From Gemmatimonadota bacterium (lineage in GTDB: Bacteria; Gemmatimonadota; Gemmatimonadetes; Palauibacterales; Palauibacteraceae): a stretch of DNA of 58,707 bases. Numbering within the stretch: the first letter of the stretch is position 1; every line of letters begins with the position of its first letter. Positions 35,745 to 47,146 of this stretch are shown here, in pieces. The notes under the pieces are model-generated. The model saw only the letters and a program-made list of their open reading frames with translations, ran no database searches and was not told the origin of the DNA. A program made the position numbers and the translations under genes. The stretch covers positions 1 to 58,707 of the forward strand of contig JBDGZR010000014.1 in the NCBI GenBank assembly GCA_039588495.1. Direction: 5' to 3'.

Positions 35745-36527
35745 ATGGCCGCTCCGGATGTTCAAGACGTAATGCCGCCATTTCGAGGACGACGAAACGC
35801 CATTGATGCAATCAAGATCCCTCCGGTGACCAGAACCGCTGCGCGTCGCTGGCTTCGTCTGTGGGCTCTCGTCCTCGCCCCGATGGTCTTCCTATCCTGC
35901 AGCGGCGATTCGGGACCGGCAGAGATCGTGGCCCCGGCGCGGGACCTGATAACCCTTCGCGTTCGTGTTCATCTCCTCTCCTCCGACTTCGCGCCTCTGA
36001 GTACGGAGCTCACGGAAGACGAGGTGGTAACGGTCTTCGGGCGCGTGAACGCGATCTGGCAGCAAGCCCTGATCAGGTGGGAGATCGAATCGATCCTTCG
36101 CGAGGATGCGTTGAACGAGGACGCGTTCGCGGCGATGATGAGCGGCCAGGTCCCGGTCTCCGAGGATATCATCGCCTCGGCGCTGCCCAGAGAGAACCTT
36201 CTGTCGGGGGAGTGGGACGTGTTCCTCATCCGCACGCTGGGCGGGATCACCGGCGGCATCTACTTCCCTGGCATACCGGCGGCGTTGTCGGCCGAGCTCG
36301 ATCCCGACGGCCAACGAGAGCTCACGCGCGCCACCGCACGGATCCTCGCCCACGAGCTTGGCCACTCACTGAGCCTCCCACACGTGGCGTGCACCTCGGC
36401 CGGCAACCTCATGTCGCCCGGCTGCCCGGCCGCGGATCGCACGAAGCTGTCCGAAGACCAGGTGGAGGCCGCCCGACAGCAGGCCCTGACCGGACACCCC
36501 TACGGCACCCGACTGGCCCTCAACTGA
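35745..36527 (+). CDS. Metzincin-like zinc metalloprotease lipoprotein
   Basis: Signal WLRLWALVLAPMVFLSC. Extended zinc motif HELGHSLSLPH (HExxHxxxxxH). The start could also be the ATG at 35772. Confidence 0.7.
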   Translation: MAAPDVQDVMPPFRGRRNAIDAIKIPPVTRTAARRWLRLWALVLAPMVFLSCSGDSGPAEIVAPARDLITLRVRVHLLSSDFAPLSTELTEDEVVTVFGRVNAIWQQALIRWEIESILREDALNEDAFAAMMSGQVPVSEDIIASALPRENLLSGEWDVFLIRTLGGITGGIYFPGIPAALSAELDPDGQRELTRATARILAHELGHSLSLPHVACTSAGNLMSPGCPAADRTKLSEDQVEAARQQALTGHPYGTRLALN

Positions 36528-36571
36528 CGGGCCGGCGCCGCCGCCCGAGGGCCTGCCCGACGAACCCGCGC

Positions 36572-38152
36572 TTAACCGAAGATGATGGTGAGGGCCACGA
36601 GTAGGGAGAGGATGGCGGCAAACTCCGCCACCAGGAGCCAGGCCAACGTCCGCGCTGACTTGTCCTCCAGCGCCACCGCGGTGGGGCCACCGCGTCGATC
36701 GCCGGAGCTCGGAGATCCGCCACGCCCTCCGATGTGCCCGATCAGAACGGCCACCAGACAGCCCGCCAGGTTCCACCAGAGCCAGGAGACGCCGGGAGCT
36801 CCATAGGCAAGAAGGAGATTGGCGGCGACGCCAGCCAACCCCCCGACCACCGCCGAGCGTCCGTCTGCGCGCTTCGAGCGCCAGGCGAGAAGAAACAGGG
36901 CCAGCATCGGCCCGTAGAGCACGCTTCCGACCCGATTGATGGTCTCGATCACCGTCTCCCCGCTGGTCGAGAGCCACCAGCCGGCCGCCGCCGCCCAGGC
37001 GCCCCAAGCCAGCGTGCCGAAGCGAGCCCAGAAGATTCGAACGCGCCCGGCGGCTTCGCCGCGGGATGGAAAGAGCTCCTCCATCGTTACCGCCGACATC
37101 GAGTTGAGGGCCGAGTCGATCGAAGAGAGCGCGGCGGCCAGGAAACCGGCCACCGCCACACCGAGAACACCCACCGGCAGATAGGCGACTACGAACTCCG
37201 GTACGAGTGCATCGGGGGGCTGGCCGACGAGCCTGGCGGCGAAGGACGGCTCCGCGGCGAGAAACGCTGCCAGGAGCAGGCCGAAGACGCAGTAGGTGAG
37301 AACGAGCGGGAAGCGAAGCATCGCGGCCAGAAAGAGCGCTTTCCTGGCCGCGCCTTCGGTCGGCGCCGCGATGATCCGCTGTGCCTGGGTCTGGTCGGTG
37401 CCGTAGTACGCGACGTACAGGAAGAAGCCGCCGAAGAGCATAGGCCAGAAGCCGAACGTCGCTCCATCTCCCAGGCCGTGCCCGGCCATGTCGAGCGGTA
37501 CCAGCCTCGAGCGCTCGATCAGATCGAGAACGGAGCCTGCTGCCGCAAGACGAACCGCGAGCACGATCGACGCGAGCAGCGTGCCTCCCCACAGCAACCC
37601 GAACTGGAGGATGTCTGAGATGACGTCCGCAGCGAGGCCGCCCAGCGATGTATAGATCGCCGCGACCAGTGCCACGACGATCAGACTCGTGCCCAATCCC
37701 CAGCCGGTGAGAGCAGCCACCACGAGCGCCGACGCGTACAGGATCACACCGCTCCCGAGCCCTCGTCCCAGGAGGAAGAAGGAGGCGAGGAGTCGGCGGG
37801 CCCCCGATCCGAGGCGATCCTCGATTGCTTCGTACACGTTGGCGCCGCGAGCCCGGCGCAGAACCGGCACGCCCCAGAGAACGAGCGCGGCCATCGCAAG
37901 CGGCACGGCGAGCTCGTACTGCAGCCACTTGAGCCCGCCGCCCTCTCGCAGCGCCACGAAAGCCGGAGCTCCTACCAGCGAGATGGCGCTCACCTGGTTG
38001 GCGGCGAGGCTGACTCCGAGAGCCCAGGCGGAGATGCGACGGCCGCCCAGGTAGTAGTCGGTAGTGTCCTTCTGCCTGCGGGCGAGCCAGCCCGCCAGCA
38101 GTACCAATCCGGCCAGGAACGCGACCACGATCAGGAGGTCGAGGCTTCTCAT
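36572..38152 (-). CDS. Sodium:solute symporter (SSS) family transporter
   Basis: ATG at 38152. YYLGGRRISAWALGVSLAANQVSAISLVGAPAFV is typical of the SSS N-terminus. About 13 TM segments. Confidence 0.85.
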   Translation of the reverse strand: MRSLDLLIVVAFLAGLVLLAGWLARRQKDTTDYYLGGRRISAWALGVSLAANQVSAISLVGAPAFVALREGGGLKWLQYELAVPLAMAALVLWGVPVLRRARGANVYEAIEDRLGSGARRLLASFFLLGRGLGSGVILYASALVVAALTGWGLGTSLIVVALVAAIYTSLGGLAADVISDILQFGLLWGGTLLASIVLAVRLAAAGSVLDLIERSRLVPLDMAGHGLGDGATFGFWPMLFGGFFLYVAYYGTDQTQAQRIIAAPTEGAARKALFLAAMLRFPLVLTYCVFGLLLAAFLAAEPSFAARLVGQPPDALVPEFVVAYLPVGVLGVAVAGFLAAALSSIDSALNSMSAVTMEELFPSRGEAAGRVRIFWARFGTLAWGAWAAAAGWWLSTSGETVIETINRVGSVLYGPMLALFLLAWRSKRADGRSAVVGGLAGVAANLLLAYGAPGVSWLWWNLAGCLVAVLIGHIGGRGGSPSSGDRRGGPTAVALEDKSARTLAWLLVAEFAAILSLLVALTIIFG

Positions 38153-38186
38153 GCCGAGCCCGCTCGGTCCGAAGGGGAGGTGCGCG

Positions 38187-39131
38187 TCAGTCGGTGACCC
38201 GAGGTTCGCCGCGCGCCGCCAACTCGGAGGGTAGCAGCGCAGCGTACAGGGTGGCACAGACCGGCGTATCGACCCCGACCTCCGCGCCCAGTCTCACGAC
38301 CGCCCCCAGCTGAGCCTCGAGCTCGGACGGGCGTCCGGCATCCAGGTCGCGGTACAGTGAAGTCACGCCGTCGGCGGGCAGCCGGTCGAGGAATGCCATG
38401 GTGCGATCGGCCTCCTCCTTTGGAAGCTCGACCCCCCGCGCCACGGCCACGCTGCGGACCTCGTCCATGCATGCCTTCAGGAGCCGCCGCGTCTCCGGCA
38501 GCTCCAGGAGCACCCCGAACGGCATGCGAGCCGCGGTCCCCACGGCGCTGGTGGCCGCCATCATCTGCAGCTTGCGCCAGAGCTCGACCTGAACGTCCGG
38601 GACGAGCTCCGCACGCATGCCCCCAGCGGACCCGAGCACGGCAAGGAGCGATCGGCAGCGCTCGGTCTCATGCCCATCCAGCTCGCCGAAGGTGAGCACC
38701 GGCTCTGCCCCCACGTGCCGGATCACACCCGGCTCCGCCAGGAAGCTCATGATCCGGCACAGCCCACCCACGACCGGACCCCTCCCCAGCACGGCAGCCA
38801 GCTGGTCCGGCGCCTCTACTCCGTTCTGCAGGGGCAGAACGGTGGTATGGGAGCCGACGAGCGGCCTCATGGCCAGGGCCGCTTCGGCGACCTGCCAGGC
38901 CTTCGTGCCCACGAGGATGAGGTCGACCAGACCGACCTCCTCGGGATCGTCCGTGCATTCGACCGGAGCGACGGCGAAGTCACCGACGACGCTTTCGACG
39001 CGTAGGCCGTGCTCACGAAGGGCCGTCAGCTGGCGGCCGCGCGCGATGAACACGACGTCCTCGCCCGCCTCGGCGAGGCGACCGCCGAAGTAGCCGCCGA
39101 CCGCACCGGTACCGAAGACCGCGATCCGCAT
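38187..39131 (-). CDS. panE: 2-dehydropantoate 2-reductase (ApbA/PanE family)
   Basis: MRIAVFGTGAVGGYFGGRLAEAG Rossmann N-terminus. 314 aa. ApbA-type C-terminal domain. Confidence 0.82.
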   Translation of the reverse strand: MRIAVFGTGAVGGYFGGRLAEAGEDVVFIARGRQLTALREHGLRVESVVGDFAVAPVECTDDPEEVGLVDLILVGTKAWQVAEAALAMRPLVGSHTTVLPLQNGVEAPDQLAAVLGRGPVVGGLCRIMSFLAEPGVIRHVGAEPVLTFGELDGHETERCRSLLAVLGSAGGMRAELVPDVQVELWRKLQMMAATSAVGTAARMPFGVLLELPETRRLLKACMDEVRSVAVARGVELPKEEADRTMAFLDRLPADGVTSLYRDLDAGRPSELEAQLGAVVRLGAEVGVDTPVCATLYAALLPSELAARGEPRVTD

Positions 39132-39172
39132 CGAGGCGACGAGACGCTACCAGGAGCCGGGTGTCCGGGCGG

Positions 39173-41344
39173 CTATTCGGCGATCCCCAGTTGATCCAGC
39201 ACGAAGGCGTACTCCAGAGCAAGCTCCTCGTACCGCTTGTAGCGTCCCGACGCGCCGCCGTGTCCGGCATCCATGTTCGTCTTCAGGAGAAGCAGGTTGT
39301 CGTCGGTCTTCAGCGCCCGGAGCTTGGCCACCCACTTGGCTGGCTCCCAGAACTGGACCTGCGAGTCGTGCAGCCCCGTGGTGACCAGCATGGAGGGGTA
39401 GTTCTTCGCTTCTACGTTGTCGTACGGCGAGTACGAGAGGATGTAGTCGTAGTACTCCCTCTCATCGGGGTCGCCCCATTCATCGTACTCGAAGCTGGTC
39501 AACGGGATCGACTCATCCAGCATCGTCGTCACCACGTCCACGAACGGGACGTGGGCCACGACGCCCTTCCACAGGTCCGGGCGCATGTTCGCGACCGCGC
39601 CCATCAGGAGCCCCCCGGCACTCCCTCCTCGCGCGAAGAGGAGGTCAGGGCTCGTGTAGCCCTCCTCGATCAGGTACTCGGCCGCGTCGATGAAGTCGGT
39701 GAACGTGTTCTTCTTGTGCAGGAGCTTTCCGTCGTCGTACCAGGAGCGGCCCAGCTCCTGGCCGCCCCGGATGTGGGCGATCGCGTAGCCGAACCCCCGG
39801 TCCAGCAGGCTGAGCCTCGACGAACCGAAGGAGGCGTCGATGCTGGCCCCGTAGGAGCCGTAGCCGTAGAGGATGAGCGGGTTGTTGCCGTCTCGCTTCG
39901 CTCCCTTCCGGTAGACGAGCGAGATCGGTATGCGGGCTCCATCCCGGGCAGGCGCGTAGAGCCGCTCCGTGACGTAATCCTCCGTGTCGAAGCCGCCGAG
40001 GACCTCTTCCCGCTTCAGCAGAATCTTCTCGCGAGTTCTCATATCGTAATCGTAGACGGACTCCGGAGTCCTCATCGATTCGTAGCCGAACCGAAGAAGG
40101 TGTGTGTCCATCTCCCGATTGTCGTGAACCCAGGTGAGGTAGTCCGGCTCGCCGAAATCGATGTAGTGCTCCTCATCGCCGGACCAGGACCGTATGCGCA
40201 TCCGACGCAAACCGTCGCTCCGCTCGGTGACGACGAGATGATCGCGGAAGACCTCGAACCCCTCCACCAACACCTCATCGCGCGCGCCAATGACGTCCTC
40301 CCAGTACGCCTTGCCGGTCTGCACCACCGGAGTCCGCATCAAACGGAAGTTTCGGGCGCCATCGTTCGTCCGGACGTAGAAGTGCTCGCCATGGTGGTCG
40401 ATGTTGTGCTCGTGCCCGCGCTCGCGCGGGAGGAAGACGCGGAACTCCTGATCGGGCTGCGAGGCGTCCACGAACCGGTGCTCATCGGCCAGCGTGTGGC
40501 TGCACGAAATCACGACGAAGCGCCTCGATTTCGTCTTCCACACGTAGCACGAGAACTCCTCGTCCTCCTCCTCGTAGACGAGCTCGTCCTTCGACGAATC
40601 GGTTCCGAGCAGATGCCGATAGACCTGGTATGCTCGCAGCGTACCCGGGTCGCGCTTTACGTAGAAGATCGTGCGGTTGTCCTCCGCCCACGCGCTTCCT
40701 CCCGATGTGCCCGGGATCTCGTCATCCAGGAAGTCTCCGGAGTCCAGGTTCATGAAGCGAAGGGTGTAAAGACGCCGGCCGATGGTGTCCTCGGCAAACG
40801 CCAGCACGTTGCCGCTCGAGCTCACGCGACGCCCGGCCGCCGCGTAGAACTCGTGGCCCTCCGCCAGCTCGTTAACGTCCAGCATTACCTGCTCGGACGC
40901 CTCCAACGACCCCTTCTTCCGGGCATGGATCGGGTACGCCTGCCCATCTTCCGTTCGGCTGTAGTAGTAGGCATCGCCTTCGCGGTACGGCACGGAGAGG
41001 TCCGTCTGCTTGATGCGGCCCTTGATTTCCTCGAACAACACCGCCTGAAGATTCGTCGTGTGGGCCATTACGGCCTCCATGTAGGCGTTCTCCGCCTCCA
41101 GGTACGAAATGACGGCAGGGTTTTCGCGTCGATTCAACCAGTAGTAGTCGTCGACCCGGATGTCTCCGTGCTTCTCCAGCTTCTTCGGCACGACCTCGGC
41201 GGCCGGAGGTCTCGGTACCTCCGTCTCGGCCTCCTGGGCAGCCGCTCGCGATGTGATCAGCACGCCCAGAGCCGCCAATCCGGCGGCGGCCTGTGCCAGC
41301 TTCCAGGGCGCCCGCGCGCCGATCCGGCATCGTCCACCAAACAT
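39173..41344 (-). CDS. ptrB: S9A serine peptidase, oligopeptidase B-like (secreted)
   Basis: ATG at 41344 followed by a signal peptide. N-terminal propeller domain. Catalytic GGSAGGLLMG, and a downstream D...H (GHGG). Confidence 0.88.
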   Translation of the reverse strand: MFGGRCRIGARAPWKLAQAAAGLAALGVLITSRAAAQEAETEVPRPPAAEVVPKKLEKHGDIRVDDYYWLNRRENPAVISYLEAENAYMEAVMAHTTNLQAVLFEEIKGRIKQTDLSVPYREGDAYYYSRTEDGQAYPIHARKKGSLEASEQVMLDVNELAEGHEFYAAAGRRVSSSGNVLAFAEDTIGRRLYTLRFMNLDSGDFLDDEIPGTSGGSAWAEDNRTIFYVKRDPGTLRAYQVYRHLLGTDSSKDELVYEEEDEEFSCYVWKTKSRRFVVISCSHTLADEHRFVDASQPDQEFRVFLPRERGHEHNIDHHGEHFYVRTNDGARNFRLMRTPVVQTGKAYWEDVIGARDEVLVEGFEVFRDHLVVTERSDGLRRMRIRSWSGDEEHYIDFGEPDYLTWVHDNREMDTHLLRFGYESMRTPESVYDYDMRTREKILLKREEVLGGFDTEDYVTERLYAPARDGARIPISLVYRKGAKRDGNNPLILYGYGSYGASIDASFGSSRLSLLDRGFGYAIAHIRGGQELGRSWYDDGKLLHKKNTFTDFIDAAEYLIEEGYTSPDLLFARGGSAGGLLMGAVANMRPDLWKGVVAHVPFVDVVTTMLDESIPLTSFEYDEWGDPDEREYYDYILSYSPYDNVEAKNYPSMLVTTGLHDSQVQFWEPAKWVAKLRALKTDDNLLLLKTNMDAGHGGASGRYKRYEELALEYAFVLDQLGIAE

Positions 41345-41434
41345 CCCGCTGCCTCCTTCGGGTTGATCTCGTCGCCTCGCGTTCCCCGTCTCCTCGGGAG
41401 CATCGAAGGCATCCAACCGTAGCTTATCGGCCGG

Positions 41435-41917
41435 CTAGGAAGCCGGAATCCAGAACCCTTCGTGGACCCGGGCGGCCTCATCCTCGACCAGCGGTCCGAC
41501 CACCTCCAGCCGCTCGGAAGCGGTCGCCAGCACCTCGCGACACGAGAGAGCCAGCTTGCCGCCGCCTCCGGCGAGCTCATAGAAGCGGGACTGGCCGAGG
41601 CCGTATACGAGCCTGCGGACGCCTCCCCAATAGATCGCGCCGGTGCACATCGGGCAGGGCTCGGTGCTCGCATACAGGGTGCAGGCCGCGAGTGTCGAGG
41701 GATCGTGCCGAGCGCCCGCCTCCCGGATCAGGCTCAGCTCGGCGTGCGCCGTGGGATCGCGATCGGTGAGGACGGAGTTCTCGGCCTCGAGGAGCACCCT
41801 CGAGGCCGAGTCCACGAGAACGGCTCCAAAGGGATGGTTGCCACGCTCCCGGGCCCGACGTGCGGCTTCTATCGCAAGGCGAAGAAACCGCTCGTCGTCT
41901 TCGGGGCCCGGGGTCAC
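41435..41917 (-). CDS. Nucleoside/nucleotide (CDA-fold) deaminase, TadA/guanine-deaminase-like
   Basis: HAE...PCPMC zinc-binding motif. 160 aa. Confidence 0.85.
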   Translation of the reverse strand: MTPGPEDDERFLRLAIEAARRARERGNHPFGAVLVDSASRVLLEAENSVLTDRDPTAHAELSLIREAGARHDPSTLAACTLYASTEPCPMCTGAIYWGGVRRLVYGLGQSRFYELAGGGGKLALSCREVLATASERLEVVGPLVEDEAARVHEGFWIPAS

Positions 41918-41935
41918 GGCCAGGGTCCTCGGAGC

Positions 41936-43267
<1,332 letters not shown>

Positions 43268-43591
43268 TCAGGGGCGTTGGGAGCCAGGTCTTGAACGATC
43301 TGGGCTCGGGAGACAGATACTGGACTCTGCGGCAAACCGCCAGTCCCAGGGCGGCATTGACCTAGCCGCCGATCGAATCCAGCATCCGTTGTCTCGCCCT
43401 GGCGGAGTCGGCGACGTCCATCGCTCCGTGCACGCCCCGAGCGCCGGGGATCGGCAACTCTCCCACGAGGCTGTCTCTCTGACGTTGGGTGAGGGTGTCT
43501 CGCTCGGCTCGGCCGCTCTCGTCTCCGCCGGTGCAGTCCCCGGCGGCCAGGGTGGCCACGAGAACGAACCGCAGCGGCTTCAGGGCCGCTC

Positions 43592-44518
43592 CTAGTCGAC
43601 CCCGGGCTCGGGGGACCGCAGCGCGGCCCGGGCCTCCGTCTTGGCCTGGTCGATGCGCGCCTTTGCCCTCTCCAACTCTTCGCTCGCCCGGTCCAGCTTC
43701 TGGGCGACCGGCTTGGCCACCTTGTCGGTGTAGTGCTTGGCCGCGAATTCCTTTGCGTTCTGGGAACGGGCATAGATGACGCGCGCCAGCCTCAGAAAGG
43801 AGAGGATCTTGATGTAATTCCAGCCGATGTCGAACTCGAACCAGCGAGCTTTGAACTTGGCGGACCGTGGATCGGCGTGGTGGTTGTTGTGAAGCTCCTC
43901 GCCGAGTATCCAGATCCCCCACGGGTAGATGTTCCGGCTGTAGTCCCTCGTGCCGAAGTTGCGGTACCCGAGAGCGTGTCCGACGCCGTTGATGATGTTC
44001 CCCATGATCGGCATCCAGATCGCCATCGCCGACCAGACGAGGAGCCCGAGCCCGATGCCGAAGAGGTAGATGTCGAGGACGAGCATCAAAGCGAGGCCGA
44101 GCAAACGCTTGCCCTGGTAGAGGTTCCGCTCCACCCAATCGTCGGGACATCCGCCGCCGTACTTCTCCACCAACGCCGGATCGCGCGCGGCTCTCTGGTA
44201 GAAGAACACACCGCCGAGCACGATCCCCCAGAAACCGGCCACGGCCGGGGAATGGGGATCCCCTTCCTTGTCGGCGAAAGCGTGGTGCTTCCGGTGCACG
44301 GCGACCCACTCGCGGGTCACGACGGCCGACGTGAGCCATAGCCACATACGCATAATGTGCTCGACCACTGGCCGGAACTTCACTCCTTCGTGGGTGGCTG
44401 AGCGATGCAGGTAGAGCGTGACGCAGATGTTCTGCGCGTGGCCGACGGCCAGCACGAAGAGCAGCGGAACCCACCAGGGGTGTGCGAGGACGGCGTATCC
44501 GGGCATGCGGCTTTCCAC
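43592..44518 (-). CDS. Acyl-CoA (delta-9-type) fatty acid desaturase
   Basis: Three His boxes (HRSATH, HRKHH, HNNHH) with TM segments. GTG start. Confidence 0.9.
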   Translation of the reverse strand: MESRMPGYAVLAHPWWVPLLFVLAVGHAQNICVTLYLHRSATHEGVKFRPVVEHIMRMWLWLTSAVVTREWVAVHRKHHAFADKEGDPHSPAVAGFWGIVLGGVFFYQRAARDPALVEKYGGGCPDDWVERNLYQGKRLLGLALMLVLDIYLFGIGLGLLVWSAMAIWMPIMGNIINGVGHALGYRNFGTRDYSRNIYPWGIWILGEELHNNHHADPRSAKFKARWFEFDIGWNYIKILSFLRLARVIYARSQNAKEFAAKHYTDKVAKPVAQKLDRASEELERAKARIDQAKTEARAALRSPEPGVD

Positions 44519-44632
44519 AGATTCGAGAAGCGGGTGGTAATGCTCGCACCTAGGGTAGAAGAACAGAACCCCTCAGGCCAGCCGGTGATCCACCTTTGGC
44601 CGCGACTCGCCTCGCGTATCCGGGAAGGAAAG

Positions 44633-44660
44633 AGGGGCGGCCCGGTCGGGGGCCGCCCCT
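44633..44660 (-). terminator. Terminator after the SnoaL-like gene
   Basis: 11-bp stem AGGGGCGGCCC / GGGCCGCCCCT with a 6-nt loop. On the minus strand it is followed by CTTTCCTTCC. Confidence 0.6.
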
Positions 44661-44693
44661 GAAGAGGTAGGCGGGCAGCCGGGCGGATGTGCC

Positions 44694-45152
44694 CTAGAAG
44701 CCGGCCGGGGCCGCCTTCGCCGGAGCTTCGATGCCGAGCTGGTTGAGGATGCTCAGCAGATCGAAGTAGTGCCTGTTGATGTTGATGCGATCGCCCTCAA
44801 ATTCGAGCACCATCGCCGCGCGCGACGTGTACGGCTTGTGCGTGGCGGTGAACTCGCCGAACGGAGTGGCCAGAGTTCCGCTGTGCGTTCCCTTCCACAG
44901 GACTTCAATGAGCGAGAAGTCCTCGGCCGCGAAGACGTTCGTCACTTCGCCGACGAGGTCCGGAAAGGCCGTCTTCCACCCCTTCCAAACCTCTACCATG
45001 TCGGGAACGCCCTCGATGACCCGGTTCGTCGCTGGCTCGTAGTACTTTCCTTCCGCCGCCACGAGAGTCCTCATCTTCTCCCAGTCGGCGACGTTGAAGG
45101 CTTCGATGCAGTTTCGGCCGATCTTGATAAGATCGGCTGCCGCCGTTTTCAT
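44694..45152 (-). CDS. SnoaL-like / ester-cyclase (NTF2-fold) protein
   Basis: ATG at 45152 with AGAGGAGGAGCGC upstream. The pattern (IEAFNVADWEKMRTLVA..., WKGTHSG, NRHYFD) is typical of the ester cyclase family. Confidence 0.78.
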   Translation of the reverse strand: MKTAAADLIKIGRNCIEAFNVADWEKMRTLVAAEGKYYEPATNRVIEGVPDMVEVWKGWKTAFPDLVGEVTNVFAAEDFSLIEVLWKGTHSGTLATPFGEFTATHKPYTSRAAMVLEFEGDRININRHYFDLLSILNQLGIEAPAKAAPAGF

Positions 45153-45674
45153 GCGCTCCTCCTCTTGTGTGCGCTCGTCGAGCCCGTACGTCCCATGTTC
45201 CGGGCTCGCTTCAACGAGAGTGGAGATCACGCCGTGGGGAATACGCCATGCACCGGCTGCCCGCTCGTGTAGGTTCGCCACCGCGCACGTGAACCCACCC
45301 GGTCGACGCCTCGAACCACTCCTCAGGGTCCAAGGCATCGCTCGTCATCGAGCCATATCAAAAGAATGCTATCCGGAAAAACCCCGGGCCGCCATCGGGA
45401 AGGAATCGACTCGGGGCGTCCGGAAATCCTCGACTCCGTGAACGGAGCCTGGTGTCATGAGCGCGCCCCCCTGTGCGTTTTAATGAACGAGGGCCTGCGC
45501 GGAGGTGCACTCTGGTAGTGCCCGCGGGGTGACTGGTAGGCAGGGTTGGGGATAACACCCCGCCCTGGGGCGGCGTCTCTGGGTGGCGTCGTTAACCGCC
45601 TGGGGTGCCCGTAAAGGTTCGGCCTGTCCCCAGCAGGCCGAGATCAGCCTTCCCTGTCTGCCAACTAGTACCGG

Positions 45675-47000
45675 TTAGTCCCTCAGCACATCTCGCAGAA
45701 CGGCGAGCGCCCGTTCCACATCCGAGTCGGCAAAATTCAGCGAGGGGCGAAAGCGGATCGATCGGGGACCGCAGGTGAGGGTCGCGAGCCCAGCTTCCCA
45801 GCAGGCGGTCCGAACCTCGTTGCGCATCTCACCGTTCGGGAGGTCGAACGCCAGCATAAAGCCTCTGCCGCGAGCGTTGCTGACGGCCTCGAACTCCTCC
45901 TCGAGCTCGACGAGACCCCGACGGAACAGCTCGCCGACGCGCGACGCGTTCTCCACCAAGCCCTCCTCGTCGATGATCTCCAGGTAGCGTGCACACCGCA
46001 CCATATCGACCAGGTTCCCGCCCCAGGTGGAGTTGATCCGGCCGGAAACCGTGAAAACGTTGGTCGGGATCTCATCGATACGGTCCGTGGCCATGATTCC
46101 GCATACCTGCGTCTTCTTCCCGAAGGCCACGATGTCCGGCATCACCCCGAACTGCTGGAATGCCCACATCGAGCCGGTTCCGCCGACTCCGGTCTGGACC
46201 TCGTCGAAGATGAGGATCGCATCGTGCTCGTCCGCGATGCGACGGAGCTCGCGCAGGAACTCGCCGCGGAAGTGATTGTCGCCCCCTTCTCCCTGGATCG
46301 GCTCGATGAGGATACCGGCGATTCCGTCAGGATCGCGTTCGAACGCCTCCTCGATCTCCCGCAGCGAAACTGCCTCCGCGGCGGCCACCACGGTCTCATC
46401 CAGCGGATGATGGATCTTCGGATTGGAGACTCGGGGCCAATCGAACGCCGGGAAATCGGCCACCTTCACGGGATCGGTGCTCGTGACCGATAGCGCGTAT
46501 CCGGTGCGGCCGTGGAACCCCTCTTCAAAATGGAGGATCTTGTCGGCCCCGCCGTCCACACCGCGCGACCGGTTCAGCTGTGCCTTCCAGTCGAAGGCCG
46601 CCTTCATGGCGTTCTCGACGGCAGGGGCACCGCCCGCCACGAAGAAGAGATGCGGAAACCCATCCGGGACGGCGAGCTCGCGAAACGTCCGAACGAAGCC
46701 CGCGTACTCGCGACAGTACACGTCGCTGTTGGCGGGGTTGGCGAGAGCCGCCGTCATGAGCGACGCTCGGAACCCCTCGTCGTCCATTCCCGGGTGGTTG
46801 TGGCCGATCGGCAACGTGGCGAAGTAGGCGTAGCAGTCCAGGTACTCCTTACCGGTCAGCGCGTCCACCATGATCGTCCCGTGGGACTTCTCCAGATCGA
46901 TCACGATGTGGAACCCATCGACGAGGACGTTCGCCTGAAGGGTGGGAAAAACCTCGCTGGCCGGAACGGTGACGCCTTTATCCAGGATCATCTGTGACAC
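45675..47000 (-). CDS. lat: L-lysine 6-transaminase-like class-III PLP aminotransferase
   Basis: 441 aa. DEVQTGVGGTG and FGKK (PLP Lys) motifs. N-terminal region and length match the Lat family as I recall it. GTG start with GAGG 6 nt upstream. Confidence 0.8.
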   Translation of the reverse strand: MSQMILDKGVTVPASEVFPTLQANVLVDGFHIVIDLEKSHGTIMVDALTGKEYLDCYAYFATLPIGHNHPGMDDEGFRASLMTAALANPANSDVYCREYAGFVRTFRELAVPDGFPHLFFVAGGAPAVENAMKAAFDWKAQLNRSRGVDGGADKILHFEEGFHGRTGYALSVTSTDPVKVADFPAFDWPRVSNPKIHHPLDETVVAAAEAVSLREIEEAFERDPDGIAGILIEPIQGEGGDNHFRGEFLRELRRIADEHDAILIFDEVQTGVGGTGSMWAFQQFGVMPDIVAFGKKTQVCGIMATDRIDEIPTNVFTVSGRINSTWGGNLVDMVRCARYLEIIDEEGLVENASRVGELFRRGLVELEEEFEAVSNARGRGFMLAFDLPNGEMRNEVRTACWEAGLATLTCGPRSIRFRPSLNFADSDVERALAVLRDVLRD

Positions 47001-47146
47001 GAGTCGCCTCGACGTAGTGGTGAGTGGCAGGTGTGGTCGCCGAACCTCCGGTGAACTTCTTCGCTGTGCCTTCCACGGAACAAGATATCACGATTCTATG
47101 CGGGCGCATGGCCAAATGCACGCTCCCGCATCTACGTTCCCGAGTA

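Noticed and set aside
36366-37928. 520-aa minus-strand ORF in an alternative frame of the SSS transporter gene
   Set aside because: It is an Arg/Gly/Ser-rich non-protein-like translation. The 36572..38152 frame gives a coherent 13-TM symporter.
39161-41422. 753-aa plus-strand ORF covering the whole oligopeptidase B locus
   Set aside because: It is antisense to a gene with clear S9 peptidase motifs. Its translation is R/V/L/H-rich low-information sequence, typical of shadow ORFs in GC-rich DNA.
43362-43579. About 72 codons with good G/C3 bias in the gdhA-desaturase gap, encoding ..LKPLRFVLVATLAAGDCTGGDESGRAERDTLTQRQRDSLVGELPIPGARGVHGAMDVADSARARQRMLDSIGG
   Set aside because: No in-frame ATG/GTG/TTG gives a sensible signal peptide; only CTG, or a start deep inside the desaturase gene. 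The lipobox is imperfect (D at -1). I left it unannotated, but it is worth a homology check.
45529-45604. ZTP (pfl) riboswitch-like signature on the plus strand (GTGACTGG ... hairpin ... CCGCCTGGG). I also saw partial resemblances to the c-di-GMP-I (ACGCACAGGG on the minus strand) and RNase P P11-P12 (GGGTG..TAAC.GCCTGGGG) motifs
   Set aside because: I could not form P1 or the pseudoknot pairing (GGTAGG versus CCGCC). The plus-strand orientation points into the 3' end of the convergent lat gene, with no regulated ORF. The other resemblances are single short motifs, likely chance matches after many mental comparisons. This needs cmscan before any call.
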